A DNA stretch of 64,000 nt from Spirochaetia bacterium (GCA_963677925.2 CAXXYH010000004.1:2496001-2560000); one strand, 5' to 3'; positions 35,838 to 46,582 are shown, numbered from the stretch's first letter. Notes: generated by a model from the letters alone, not told the origin. Translations and numbers: made by a program.

Positions 35838-37838
35838 ATTTCCCAATTTTGCTTTAAGAGCCGCAAACTGGTCAATAGCCGAGCTGGTATCAAGCACCTC
35901 ATCAGGCTGATGTACTTCTATCAGGTCTCCGGGGATTTCCTCAAGAAAACGTGAAGGCATAGTTTCTGTAAGTTCTCTCATGACACGCCTTGAGCTGCAT
36001 GAAGTAATATATAGTTTTTCACGCGCTCTGGTTATTGCTACATAGAAAAGTCTTCTTTCTTCTTCGATGTTATCCGGATTTTCTTCAATAGAACGGCTGT
36101 GCGGAATGATATGATCTTCAACACCGGCTAGAAAAACCACCCGAAACTCAAGCCCCTTGGAAGCATGTATGGTCATCAGGTTAAGCTTTCCTTCTTCTTC
36201 GTCATCAACGTCATCGCGGGTGACAAGGGTAATCTTGTTTAAGTAGTCATAGATGCTTGGTTTCAGATTATCAGGATCCCGCTCCCAGTTCTCGAAGAAA
36301 TCAAGAAATTTTGATACATTACCGAATTTCCACCTTGCAAGTTTTTCATTCTTGGCGTTATCGGTTATCAGGTATCCCCAGTAATCAATCTCATCAACCA
36401 TGGTGCGCAGAGTTTTGGACATATTCCGCCCTGAGAGAAGCTTTTCCCGGTATCCGTTTATCAGCTCGATAAACTCGGAAATGTTCGCCTTGGCACTGTC
36501 CTTAAGCGATGAATCCTCATCACGGATTAATAGTGTTAATGCCGAGAAAATTGACGTTCCCATGTTTTCTGCCATGCTTCTAACTTTTAGCAGGGTTGTA
36601 TTTCCAATTCCGCGCCGGGGCGTGTTTATAATTCTTAGCAGGTTAACATCGTCATCAGGATTCGATGCAACCCTCATGTATGAGATAATATCCTTGATTT
36701 CCTTGCGCTGAAAGAAGCTCTGACCGCCGGATATCTTATATGGAATATTTTCGGATAAAAAAGCCTCTTCAAGTCCTGCAGTCAGGCTGTTTGTCCGTAC
36801 CAGAACTCCTATTTCATGAAAATGTACGCCTTCTTCGTAATTCAGACGGTGAATCATCTCAGCTATGAAATCAGCTTCCTTAACTTCATTTTCAGGATAA
36901 AAGACCTCAATTGAGCGTCCGGAACCGGTTCCCGTCCAGAGTTCTTTTTCTTTACGGTTTGTGTTATTTGCAATTACATGGTTTGCTGCAGTCAGAATAT
37001 TCTTGGTTGAGCGGTAATTCTGCTCAAGCTTAATCTCTACACGCTCCGGAAAGTCCTTTTCAAAATTGACTATATTCTGATAGTTGGCACCGCGCCAGGA
37101 ATATATACTCTGATCATCATCACCTACTACAACAACGTTCCGGTTTGTTTCACCAAGAAGGCGTACCATCTCATACTGGGCCATCGACGTATCCTGAAAT
37201 TCATCTACCATCAGGTATTTATATCGTTCACGATAGCCTTCAAGAACTTCAGGATGTTCTTTAAAAAGAATCTGGGGTAAAACTATCAGATCATCAAAAT
37301 CAACCGCGTTATAAGCAACCAGGTGCTGCTGGTAGCGCTCAAACAGGGGCTTATAGAAATCGTTTGTATTATCCCAGGGTGTACGTCCGGTTTTAATCTC
37401 TGAAATGAGGTTATTTATAGTATAAAAATCGAGGTTCTCCGCTCCGAAACCGGAATGCCTTGCAGCCTCTTTTATTGCTGCAATCTTATCAGCCTGATCA
37501 TATATAGTGAAATTCTCACGGTAGCCCTCAAGGCAGCTTATAGATTCACGCAGTATTTTCACTCCGAAAGCATGGAAGGTGGATACTGTGAGATGGCTGA
37601 GCTTTTTACCGGTCAGTTCCCTGATTCTTTCTTCCATCTCCCTTGCCGCCTTGTTTGTGAAGGTTAGGGCGAGTATAGCAGACTGGGGAATTCCCTTCTC
37701 CAGCATATGCGCTATCCGGAAGGTTATCATTCTTGTCTTTCCGCTCCCTGCTCCGGCAATAATCAGCACCGGACCGTCAATTATGGAAGCAGCCTGACAT
37801 TGTCTTTCGTTGAGTTCATTTTCAAGCTGTATGGGCAT
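35829..37838 (-). CDS. UvrD/PcrA/Rep ATP-dependent DNA helicase
   Basis: AGAGSGKT, TFTNKAA, DEFQD, GDDDQSIY, LEQNYRST, MTIHASKGLEF and EERRLFYVAITRA motifs. Confidence 0.96.
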   Translation of the reverse strand: MPIQLENELNERQCQAASIIDGPVLIIAGAGSGKTRMITFRIAHMLEKGIPQSAILALTFTNKAAREMEERIRELTGKKLSHLTVSTFHAFGVKILRESISCLEGYRENFTIYDQADKIAAIKEAARHSGFGAENLDFYTINNLISEIKTGRTPWDNTNDFYKPLFERYQQHLVAYNAVDFDDLIVLPQILFKEHPEVLEGYRERYKYLMVDEFQDTSMAQYEMVRLLGETNRNVVVVGDDDQSIYSWRGANYQNIVNFEKDFPERVEIKLEQNYRSTKNILTAANHVIANNTNRKEKELWTGTGSGRSIEVFYPENEVKEADFIAEMIHRLNYEEGVHFHEIGVLVRTNSLTAGLEEAFLSENIPYKISGGQSFFQRKEIKDIISYMRVASNPDDDVNLLRIINTPRRGIGNTTLLKVRSMAENMGTSIFSALTLLIRDEDSSLKDSAKANISEFIELINGYREKLLSGRNMSKTLRTMVDEIDYWGYLITDNAKNEKLARWKFGNVSKFLDFFENWERDPDNLKPSIYDYLNKITLVTRDDVDDEEEGKLNLMTIHASKGLEFRVVFLAGVEDHIIPHSRSIEENPDNIEEERRLFYVAITRAREKLYITSCSSRRVMRELTETMPSRFLEEIPGDLIEVHQPDEVLDTSSAIDQFAALKAKLGNKK

Positions 37839-37841
37839 AAA

Positions 37842-38321
37842 TCAGACCTGTTTAATAAAGATAGAATGAGCCTGTGCTCCGAAATACATAATCAGAGATA
37901 CAATCAGCCCCGACATGATTACTCCGCCAAGTACGGCAAGACAGGTTTTCTTTCTGTCAAGACCGAGTATCCAGGCTCCTAGTGTGCCGGTATAGGCTCC
38001 GGTGATTGGAAGGGGGATACCCACAAAAAGCATAATTCCTATATATCCGTATTTTTTAACCTGGCTGTGTACTTTAGTCCGTGCCCGGGAGACAAGCTTA
38101 TCAAAAAGGTCTTTATACCAGTTCCATTTGTAGAAAAGTTTATGAAGTGAATCAAGAAAAACATAGACCAGAGGGCCGACAAGGGCGTTTATGCCTACAC
38201 ATAAGATATATGCTGCTATGGGATGCATTCCGTTCAAAACGGCATAGGGAATCGAGCCCCTGAGTTCAAATATCGGTACAAGAGTAAATAGAGCTGAGAT
38301 CAGCCATGTTTTCAAATCCAT
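37842..38321 (-). CDS. COG2426 / small multi-drug export family membrane protein
   Basis: PIFELRGSIP and FVGIPLPITGAYTG motifs. Confidence 0.88.
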   Translation of the reverse strand: MDLKTWLISALFTLVPIFELRGSIPYAVLNGMHPIAAYILCVGINALVGPLVYVFLDSLHKLFYKWNWYKDLFDKLVSRARTKVHSQVKKYGYIGIMLFVGIPLPITGAYTGTLGAWILGLDRKKTCLAVLGGVIMSGLIVSLIMYFGAQAHSIFIKQV

Positions 38322-38373
38322 AATTCATTCTAACAATATAAGTCTGTGTAGTCTATTCTTTACAGATATCTTA

Positions 38374-38402
38374 TTGACAATTCTGTCAAGGAGTGTTAGT
38401 GT
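38374..38402 (+). promoter_or_regulatory. sigma70 promoter with an inverted repeat over the -35
   Basis: TTGACA-N17-TAGTGT with TGn; TTGACA-N4-TGTCAA palindrome at 38374-38389. Confidence 0.6.
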
Positions 38403-38436
38403 TTCTATGCATAAGAACGTAAAAAAGGAGAATCTA

Positions 38437-39432
38437 ATGAAAAAAACATTAGCTGTTTTAATGCTTGCACTTATACTTGCTGTTTCATATGTTTCCGCCG
38501 GCGGAAGTCAGGAAGCTAAAGATGATACAGCCGCAGCCGAAGCTGTACCGTTTAAAATCGGTATATCAAAGATCGTTGCACATCCCGCTCTTGATGCCCT
38601 TGAACAGGGAATTATGGAAGTAGTTTCAGAAAAATATCCTGATACTGTATTCGATCTGCAGAATGCAAACGGTGAAATGTCTACTGCTTCATCAATTGCT
38701 CAGAAGTTTAAGTCAGAGAAGGTTGATCTTGCAGTCGGAATTGCCACACCAACCGCTATCGCTCTTGCACAGGCTATCACCGACGTTCCGGTAATTTTCT
38801 CTGCAGTGACCGACCCGGTTGATGCCGGCCTGATTACAAGCACAGCAAAGGGTGAGGGCAATGTTACCGGTATTTCAGACATGACACCGGTAAAGGAGCA
38901 GATTGAACTGCTGGCTTCTTTAATTGATCTCAAAACTCTCGGACATGTTTATACAAACAGTGAAGCAAATGCGGTAAGGCTTGCAGAAATTGCCGAGCAG
39001 GCATGTGACGAGCTTGGAATCAAGTTCATCGGTACCGGAGTAAACAACTCTGCAGAGGTAAAACAGGCTGCTCAGACACTTGCCGGTAAGGTTGATGCTT
39101 TCTATGTAAGTACAGACAACACAGTAGTATCTGCCATCGCAGCACTGATCGATGTTGCTGAAAAAGCAGAAATTCCAATTTGTTCAGCCGATACAACATC
39201 AGCAGAAAACGGCGGAGTACTTATCTCATGGGGATTTGATTACTACAAGATGGGTAAGGCTTCAGGACGGATGGTTCTTGATATTCTTGAGGGTGCTGAT
39301 CCTGCAGCAATACCGACACTTTTTATGACTGATCCTACTGATATCGATCTGCTTATCGATACAAAAGTTGCCGATGCGCTCGGAATAAATATTCCAGCTG
39401 ATTTACTTTCAAAGGCAAGAACAGTACAATAG
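38437..39432 (+). CDS. ABC transporter substrate-binding protein (COG2984, putative aromatic amino acid)
   Basis: IVAHPALD, NANGE, IATPTA, FSAVTDPV, NVTGISD and TDNTVVS motifs; AAGGAG SD. Confidence 0.9.
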   Translation: MKKTLAVLMLALILAVSYVSAGGSQEAKDDTAAAEAVPFKIGISKIVAHPALDALEQGIMEVVSEKYPDTVFDLQNANGEMSTASSIAQKFKSEKVDLAVGIATPTAIALAQAITDVPVIFSAVTDPVDAGLITSTAKGEGNVTGISDMTPVKEQIELLASLIDLKTLGHVYTNSEANAVRLAEIAEQACDELGIKFIGTGVNNSAEVKQAAQTLAGKVDAFYVSTDNTVVSAIAALIDVAEKAEIPICSADTTSAENGGVLISWGFDYYKMGKASGRMVLDILEGADPAAIPTLFMTDPTDIDLLIDTKVADALGINIPADLLSKARTVQ

Positions 39433-39436
39433 GCGC

Positions 39437-40336
39437 ATGATCGAAGGCATATTTGTAGAGGGCCTGATTTACGGAATCACGGCCCTCGGTGTTTTTATTA
39501 CATTCCGGATTCTCGACTTTCCGGATCTTACCGTAGACGGAACTTTTCCCTTAGGCGCCGCTGTAATGGCTATTTCACTGACCAGCGGAATGAACATGGG
39601 GGCCGCACTACTACTTGCATTCATAGCAGGTTTTGCGGCCGGCGGAGTAACTGCAATAATTCATAACAAACTCGGCGTTCCCGGCCTGCTTGCCGGTATT
39701 CTGACCATGACTATGCTCTGGTCTATCAATATACGGGTCCTGGGTGACCGCGCTAATCTTTCACTGCTTAGAGTCGATACCATTCTTACAAAGGTAAGAG
39801 ACCTCCTTGCTCCCGCCATTGGTGATACCGCTGCGGTTCTTGTTTTTGTATTTCTGGTAGTACTGATAATCAAGATACTTCTTGATCTGTTTTTTCATAC
39901 CGACCTTGGGCTTACCATGGGAGCCATGGGTGATAATGAACAGATGATAATAAGCCAGGGAGTTAATCCCGAGATGGTGAAAATTATCGGTGTGGGCATT
40001 TCCAACGGGCTCGTGGCTATTTCAGGTGCATTTGCGGCTCAGTATCAGGGCTTTGCCGATGTAAACCTGGGGCAGGGTATTGTTGTTTCCGGCCTTGCAA
40101 TGGTAATGCTCGGAGAGTTTCTGTTTTCATCGAATAAAATCGGATTTCTTACAATGCGTGTAATTCTAGGCGCAATTCTGTATAAGGCGATTATGTACGC
40201 CGGCCGTTATTACGGATACTACATCAAATTGACGCCGAATGACCTTAAGCTGCTTACAGGTATTCTTATTATTGCTTCGCTTGTTGTAAGCAAATACCGC
40301 ACAAAGAAATTAATCTTCCGGAGGCCGGCTAAATGA
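39437..40336 (+). CDS. ABC transporter permease (COG4120)
   Basis: FRILDFPDLTVDGTF, LLAGIL and QYQGFADV motifs. Confidence 0.9.
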   Translation: MIEGIFVEGLIYGITALGVFITFRILDFPDLTVDGTFPLGAAVMAISLTSGMNMGAALLLAFIAGFAAGGVTAIIHNKLGVPGLLAGILTMTMLWSINIRVLGDRANLSLLRVDTILTKVRDLLAPAIGDTAAVLVFVFLVVLIIKILLDLFFHTDLGLTMGAMGDNEQMIISQGVNPEMVKIIGVGISNGLVAISGAFAAQYQGFADVNLGQGIVVSGLAMVMLGEFLFSSNKIGFLTMRVILGAILYKAIMYAGRYYGYYIKLTPNDLKLLTGILIIASLVVSKYRTKKLIFRRPAK

Positions 40337-41124
40337 TTCAACTTGAGAAGGTTAATATAATTTTCGGTGAAGGAACCCCGAACAGAAACCACGTCCTCAA
40401 GGATGTGGACCTGCGCATTAAGAAGGGTGATTTTATTACGATAATCGGGTCCAACGGTGCCGGAAAAACAACACTGTTTAATGTAATTTCAGGAAACAAG
40501 AAACCCACCTCTGGAAGGGTTTCGATTAATGGAGCAGACGTAACCAATCATCCTGAGTATAAACGTGCTGCATATATAGGGCGGATTTTTCAGGATCCGC
40601 TGCTTGGAACTGCCGGAAATATGAGCATAGTAGACAACATGCTTGTTACCGGTAAAAAAGGCTTTAAGGGGCTTAAAATAAGTCTTAACAAGGCAAAAAA
40701 GAAATTCTTTCAGCAGCAGCTTGTAAAGCTTGATATGGAGCTTGAATCAAGGCTTGATGATAATGTAGGAATGCTTTCCGGCGGACAGCGACAGGCCCTC
40801 ACACTGCTTATGATGTCTTTATCAAAGCCGGAGCTTGTTCTTCTTGATGAACACACTGCAGCTCTAGATCCGCGAAACGCAGCAAAGGTAATGGAACTCA
40901 CCACACGCTTTATAGAAGAGCAGGGATTTACTGTTATGATGATTACTCATAACATGCAGCATGCAATTGACTACGGCAACCGTCTGATAATGATGGATGA
41001 GGGCCGTATAATTATTGATATTGAAGGCGATGAAAAGAAATCGCTGACAGTAGAGAAGCTGGTGAAAAAGTTTCATGATATCCGTCAGAAAGATTTTACC
41101 AGCGATGAAGCTCTCCTTTCTTAA
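40333..41124 (+). CDS. ABC transporter ATP-binding protein (COG1101)
   Basis: GSNGAGKT, LSGGQRQAL and LLDEHTAALDP motifs. Confidence 0.92.
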   Translation: MIQLEKVNIIFGEGTPNRNHVLKDVDLRIKKGDFITIIGSNGAGKTTLFNVISGNKKPTSGRVSINGADVTNHPEYKRAAYIGRIFQDPLLGTAGNMSIVDNMLVTGKKGFKGLKISLNKAKKKFFQQQLVKLDMELESRLDDNVGMLSGGQRQALTLLMMSLSKPELVLLDEHTAALDPRNAAKVMELTTRFIEEQGFTVMMITHNMQHAIDYGNRLIMMDEGRIIIDIEGDEKKSLTVEKLVKKFHDIRQKDFTSDEALLS

Positions 41125-41187
41125 GGAGAGCCTTTTTCTCTGTAAAAGTATTCCGTTTCAGAGGTATTTTCAGACAGGAATAAAGTA

Positions 41188-42456
41188 ATGAATATACTGC
41201 ATATAGACAGAAGCAGTTTTGTGCACAAGACTGTTAGACAGGGGATTGAGTCCGGGAATGTAAAATACAGCGTCTGTACTTCAATCTCTGAAGCTTTTGT
41301 CATATTGAGGCAGACTGACATCGATTTAATACTTACCGGTATTGAACTCTCCGACGGTACGGCTTCAGAACTTCTGGACCGGTTAAAATCTACAGAATTC
41401 AGAGATACTCCTGTAATTCTTCTCACGTCTGATGATAATCTAAATGTAAGAGATAAATATTTCAGTCTGGGTGTTGTTGATTTCATAATTAAAAACGGGA
41501 CTTTCATTGAGGAATTGAATGAGTACATCAATTTCTTCCATGAAAACAGCCGTCTGATGTCTGCAATGCAGGATGCTTCAATAGCAGTCCTTGATGACAG
41601 TAAATTCAGTATACAGGTAATAAAATCAACCCTGAGTCTGGCCGGAATTAATAATCCGGATATATATGAAGACCCGGTAGAATTAATTGAAACTAAAAAG
41701 ATATACGATATCTATCTACTCGATATGGTTCTGCCGAATATGTCCGGAAAACAGATACTGATGAAGCTGAGAAAATCAAATCCATTTGCAACAATTCTTA
41801 TGGTTTCTTCTTCAGAGCATTACAATACTATCCTTCATGTACTTGAGACCGGCGCGGACGATTATATTATCAAGCCCTTTGATTCGCGGATGATGCTTGC
41901 CAGATTGAAAACAAACTTTCGTAATTATCTGCTGATAAAGGAGCTTCAGAAGCAGAAGGAAATTGTATCTGAAATGTCAGTCACAGATCCTCTTACAGGA
42001 GCAAAAAATCGAAGATTTATTTTCGAACGTCTGGATATTGAGATCAACAATGCGAAAAGAACAAAACGTCCGCTTTCGATATTAATGATTGACCTGGATA
42101 ATTTTAAAGCGGTTAATGATAATTATGGTCACCCGATGGGTGATCTTGTTCTGAAAGCGCTTGCGGAGCTTTTTATGAGCAATATCCGTCCATCTGATAC
42201 CTTCAGCCGTTACGGCGGTGAGGAATTCATGCTGATTATGCCTGAAACTTCTATTGAAGCTGCGCAGGGGACTGCCCTGCGATTAAAGCAGCTTTTTTCA
42301 GAGGTTGAAATTGCAGACTTTAAAGACCGGCCTGCAATTTCATTCAGCGGAGGCCTGGTTGAATGGAAGGGTGAAGAGCTTGATATGTGCATAAAACTTG
42401 CCGATGACCTGCTTTATAAGGCCAAAAGCGGCGGTAAAAACACAATCTGTATTTAG
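41188..42456 (+). CDS. response-regulator diguanylate cyclase (REC-REC-GGDEF, PleD-like)
   Basis: Two receiver-like domains (second has LDMVLP and KPF); TDPLTG, DLDNFKAVND and RYGGEEF. Confidence 0.92.
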   Translation: MNILHIDRSSFVHKTVRQGIESGNVKYSVCTSISEAFVILRQTDIDLILTGIELSDGTASELLDRLKSTEFRDTPVILLTSDDNLNVRDKYFSLGVVDFIIKNGTFIEELNEYINFFHENSRLMSAMQDASIAVLDDSKFSIQVIKSTLSLAGINNPDIYEDPVELIETKKIYDIYLLDMVLPNMSGKQILMKLRKSNPFATILMVSSSEHYNTILHVLETGADDYIIKPFDSRMMLARLKTNFRNYLLIKELQKQKEIVSEMSVTDPLTGAKNRRFIFERLDIEINNAKRTKRPLSILMIDLDNFKAVNDNYGHPMGDLVLKALAELFMSNIRPSDTFSRYGGEEFMLIMPETSIEAAQGTALRLKQLFSEVEIADFKDRPAISFSGGLVEWKGEELDMCIKLADDLLYKAKSGGKNTICI

Positions 42457-42475
42457 CAAAGCTCAACCCGTGTTC

Positions 42476-44227
42476 TTATCTTTCCGCTTCTATCAGCGCA
42501 GCTGTCTGAAGGCATAAATCTTCCCGGTACATAGCCGAAATAATCTGTATTCCATAATAGCTGCCCTCATATACTTTAACCGGCGCTGAAACTGCAGGAT
42601 ATCCCATGAAGCCCAGTGCGCTGCATATGCGCCCCGAATCAGAATTAAGATTTGCTTCATCAGAGTTAATATAATCCGAGTAAGGAAGCGGTGCCAGTAC
42701 TACAGGAAAGTCTCTGAAATAGTCAGCCCATATTTTTATCCATGTTTCACGCATCATCAGCAATTTCAGATAGTTTTTCATCTCAGAATCGCTTACAGTA
42801 CCGGTAACGTATCGAGTTTCAGTTTCAAGCATTCTGAGGCTGGCTTCTGCAATTTGATTAAGTTCCGGCAGCTCTGTCTCAATTATTTCGTAGCCCTTTC
42901 TTGCAAAAACTCCCGATGCATCGTCAACAGCTCTGGCTGTATTTGCATCAACAGTACTGCCGCCCGGATTTCTAATAATACCGACTTTAAAGGGAATAGA
43001 TATCTCAGGCCCTGAAGCTGGTATCGGAAGTGCTCTAGGATCCTCGGAATCTGCACCGGCTGTTATCTGGAAAGCGAGATGCAGATCTGCTACTGTGGCC
43101 GATGCAAAGCCGGAAACTGAAATCAAACGTGATGCAAATGCCTCTGAGCCGCCGGCTGAATATGAGGCAATTCTCCCGTATGACGGTTTCAGTGCTGACA
43201 GGCCTTTCCGGACTGAAGAGACTGCAAGTGAGCCGCAAATATCGCCGGCAATATGCAGAGGGGCGGATGCCGATGCAGATACAGCAGATTCTGCTTCAGC
43301 AGGGACAGTCTGGGTATAGCCCATAAAAACAGCTCCTGCTTCTTTTAGTTTTCTCGCTGCAGGAGAGGCTTCATCTGCCGTAAAAGGAACTCCGGTTAGA
43401 GGTCCCAGATATTCTCCGTTTGCTATGCAGCGATCAATAATTTCAGCATCTTCACGCAGAGACTGCAGAATTACCATAGACCCCCCGGTCTCTTCAATAA
43501 ATGAATCGGCTATATCGACTGCTTTTAACTTACCGGTTTTTACAGCTTCAGCAAGTTTAACAGCAGAAAGTTTCCATGGTTCTGTAATCTTATCCGGCAC
43601 ATTGTATTCAGACTTAAGTGCAGAAATTCTGGCAATTTTTGAATCGAACCATTTGTCCGACGCTGTATTCTGCCTTACCGGTTGTAAAAGCATATTTAGA
43701 TGCCCGGTTATATCTGAAGGCCATGGAGCAGTGAGGGCATCAAATACCTGCCATTTACCTCCATACAGTGCACGGCCGGCTTCTTCAAACCCTGGGAGGT
43801 TTCCTCCTATTGCCCACATAAAATTACCTGCTGCTTCAATGGTCTGCTTTTTAAGCTGTTCGGGACTGATTTCCTTCGAGGCGTTTTCAACCAGGTTCCG
43901 TATGGTGCCAGAAGCCTTTTTTGGCTGTTTCTCAAGCCACTCCCAGTGTCTGGGCATCAGAGAGACTTCTCCGCAGACTACACCAAGTTTCGGTCTGCCG
44001 GGACCCTTTTTCGGTTTATCTTCAGGTATCACTCTTGAGATAACTTCATCAAGACTTCCTGTAAAATTAAAATCAGTCTGTCTGCCGGTGCTGTTGTCGA
44101 AAATGAGAATAGCTGTATCAGGTTTCGATTGAATATGAGTCCAGACAGCTTCAAGCAGCTGCTCCAGCGGACCGGTTACGATGAGATTCATTCCGGAAAA
44201 TGCACTGAATGTTTTTATCTTGTTCAT
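42476..44227 (-). CDS. DUF2239-domain protein fused to a degenerate amidase-signature domain
   Basis: N-terminal GRPKLGVV.GEVSLMPRHWEWL..QP..AS and GNLPGFEEA.RALY; C-terminal GPLTGVPF, LKPSYGRI and GIQII...REDLCL. Confidence 0.8.
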   Translation of the reverse strand: MNKIKTFSAFSGMNLIVTGPLEQLLEAVWTHIQSKPDTAILIFDNSTGRQTDFNFTGSLDEVISRVIPEDKPKKGPGRPKLGVVCGEVSLMPRHWEWLEKQPKKASGTIRNLVENASKEISPEQLKKQTIEAAGNFMWAIGGNLPGFEEAGRALYGGKWQVFDALTAPWPSDITGHLNMLLQPVRQNTASDKWFDSKIARISALKSEYNVPDKITEPWKLSAVKLAEAVKTGKLKAVDIADSFIEETGGSMVILQSLREDAEIIDRCIANGEYLGPLTGVPFTADEASPAARKLKEAGAVFMGYTQTVPAEAESAVSASASAPLHIAGDICGSLAVSSVRKGLSALKPSYGRIASYSAGGSEAFASRLISVSGFASATVADLHLAFQITAGADSEDPRALPIPASGPEISIPFKVGIIRNPGGSTVDANTARAVDDASGVFARKGYEIIETELPELNQIAEASLRMLETETRYVTGTVSDSEMKNYLKLLMMRETWIKIWADYFRDFPVVLAPLPYSDYINSDEANLNSDSGRICSALGFMGYPAVSAPVKVYEGSYYGIQIISAMYREDLCLQTAALIEAER

Positions 44228-44238
44228 AAAACCATTAA

Positions 44239-44248
44239 TACCCGGGTA
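44239..44248. promoter_or_regulatory. palindromic candidate operator upstream of the DUF2239 fusion
   Basis: Perfect TACCCGGGTA between TTGACA (44258-44263, minus strand) and the start codon. Confidence 0.5.
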
Positions 44249-44290
44249 AAAATAATTTGTCAATAAAATATTGGTTAAATATGCATTTTT

Positions 44291-46578
44291 TTACCAATAT
44301 TCTATAGCGCCTACATCAACAGTACCATTTTCTCTTGGGTTTCCCGCAAGATCGAGCAGATCCTCATCAAAAAGGTAACTTCCGTTTCCGTTATCTCTTG
44401 CCGGGCTTGCCGCGATAGGAATAAAATCGGTATCAAGTTCTGGATCACAGATGAAAGTAGAATAAGAACTCATGTCAAAATCCCCGTCATCGGAATCATA
44501 GGAGTCGATATCTGTTTTAATTATTGAATAATAGGAAGCAACACTGCTGGGGGCGTCTTCATTGAGCATGTAAATCTGTGCTCCGTTGCCTGCAGTATTA
44601 TCGCTTAAAATACTGTTTCTCAGATAAAGGTTGGATCCATTAGAAAGATATAAGCCTCCACCGTTTTCACTTGTGGAATTACCAATCAGCGTACAGTTAA
44701 GTAAAGTTAAATTTATATAATTTAGGAATATTCCGCCTCCGGAATATTCTGCATAGTTATTGTAAAGAAGTGAATTTTTTACATACAGATTGTTGTCATC
44801 ATATGAGTAAATTGCTCCGCCGTAATCCGCCTGGTTATTCCTGAAAATGCACCTGTCTACAAGACTCCAGCTTGAAGTGGAACTGTGCCAATCGTCTATA
44901 TACAATGCACCTCCGAAAACTGCTGTATTATTTTCAAAAGTGCATCCGCTCACCTTATAAGGGGCGGAATATGCACTTATAGCGCCTCCATACCTTGCCG
45001 CGGTATTCCCGTAAAAATAGCAGTCTGTAAATATTGGAACTGGCGCATTAAAGCCGCCGATATAAACGGCTCCGCCATCATCGTTCAGATTGTGATTATT
45101 TATAAAATCACAGTCAGTGACCTGCAACTCCGCCATATAGGAGTATATAGTACCGCCCCAGTATGGAGTACTGTTGTCCTCAAATTTACAGTCGCTGATA
45201 TAATAAATACTGTAGCCTATATTCAGTACTCCGGCGGAATTACCTCTGAAAGTACAGCCGGAAAGAGTGTGAACTGTATCTTCCGGATAACCATTATAAT
45301 AAATTGCCCTTCCTCCGTCGTTGTCTATAAACTCGCAGTCGGTAATATTTGATTCACTGGTCCATTGCACATACACAAGTGAGGATGTTGATGCATTATT
45401 ATTAAAACTACAGTTTTCTATTTCCAATTTTGCGCCGGCTTCAGCAAAAAGAAGGGCATGCCGGTATCTTATGTTTTCAAAATAAGAATCCTTAATAAGC
45501 AGATCAAGATTCTGTTCATTATCATTTTCATTTTAAAATTGATTCCCACACCGTCAAAATGACAGTTTTCTATGGCAAGTTTTGTTCCGTCAAAATCAAG
45601 ATAACTTGAGTAGGAAGTAGAATCTGAGAAATCACAGTCGGAAAAGGTTATAATGGATTCATCAGCTGAAAATGAATCACTGCCATCAGACAGATTGAAA
45701 CTGCAGTCTGAGAATGAAATACTACTGTTCTCTATTTCGATTGCACTGCAACTGAAGGTACAGTTTTCAAAAAGGGAACCGGCATTACAGCAATCAAGCG
45801 TGTCCCAGTATGAAGTAAAAACCGTATTGGTAATAAAGGGGGAAGAATCGGTATTCTGCATTCCGTCAGCCCCGGAAATATATACACCGTCAAGGACTGA
45901 AGTTTCATCAAGAGCCGCAGACGCAGGATTGTATATTCTGGTACCTATTATCGATTTGTACTTTGAATAATCTCTTTCCTCAATTGAGCTTTCCCCGCCC
46001 TTAAAGCCCCCGTAAATTTTTAAATTATTTCTAAGCGCAATATGGCAATAATCATCCGTCCAGGGATAACTTTCAGTTTCATAAGTTCCATCTGCAATCC
46101 AGACTTCAGGGATACCTTTCTCCCAGGCGTAGTCTATGGCCTGCTGAAGGTCTGTAAATGCAGAATCCCAGGAATCTCCGTAACCCGGGATTGCAGTGTT
46201 GATATCAACCAGTATCTTTTCCAGATCAGAATCAACTGTTATTTCACATTCACAGCTTATCATACCGTCGGAGTCTTCGACAGTAATAACAGCAGTTCCG
46301 AATGAAATGGCCTTCACAAGCCCTTCATCAGATACTTCTACAACAGATATGTTGCTTGAAGTCCAGATAGTTGACGCCGGGACAGCATATTCCGGAAAGA
46401 AAGTAAGAGCAAGCTGACGCTCAGCCCCTACAGCCAGATGAAAAGAGGAGTAGTTTAGCCTCATGTCCTCCAGCTCATAGGACTGCATACTGCAGGATGT
46501 AAGAAAGGCCGTAATCATAATGCTGATGAGAAATAAATAAATATTCAGGATGGTACTGATATTTCTTTTTATAATCAT
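44291..46578 (-). pseudogene. frameshifted surface lipoprotein (Ig-like + parallel beta-helix/Pmp-type GGAI repeats + choice-of-anchor-Q-like tail)
   Basis: ORFs 45469-46602 and 44291-45427 join into one frame by adding one A near 45531-45534. Lipobox FLTSC; GDSWDSAFTDLQQA; N.A..GGAI repeats; DLAGNPR..VDVGAIEY. Confidence 0.75.
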
Positions 46579-46582
46579 TGGT

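Noticed and set aside
43425-44132. 235-aa plus-strand ORF
   Set aside because: Antisense shadow of the DUF2239-amidase gene.
45528-45540. Programmed -1 ribosomal frameshift
   Set aside because: In-frame codons TTT AAA do not form an X XXY YYZ heptamer, and tandem slippage would place a TAA stop in the A site.
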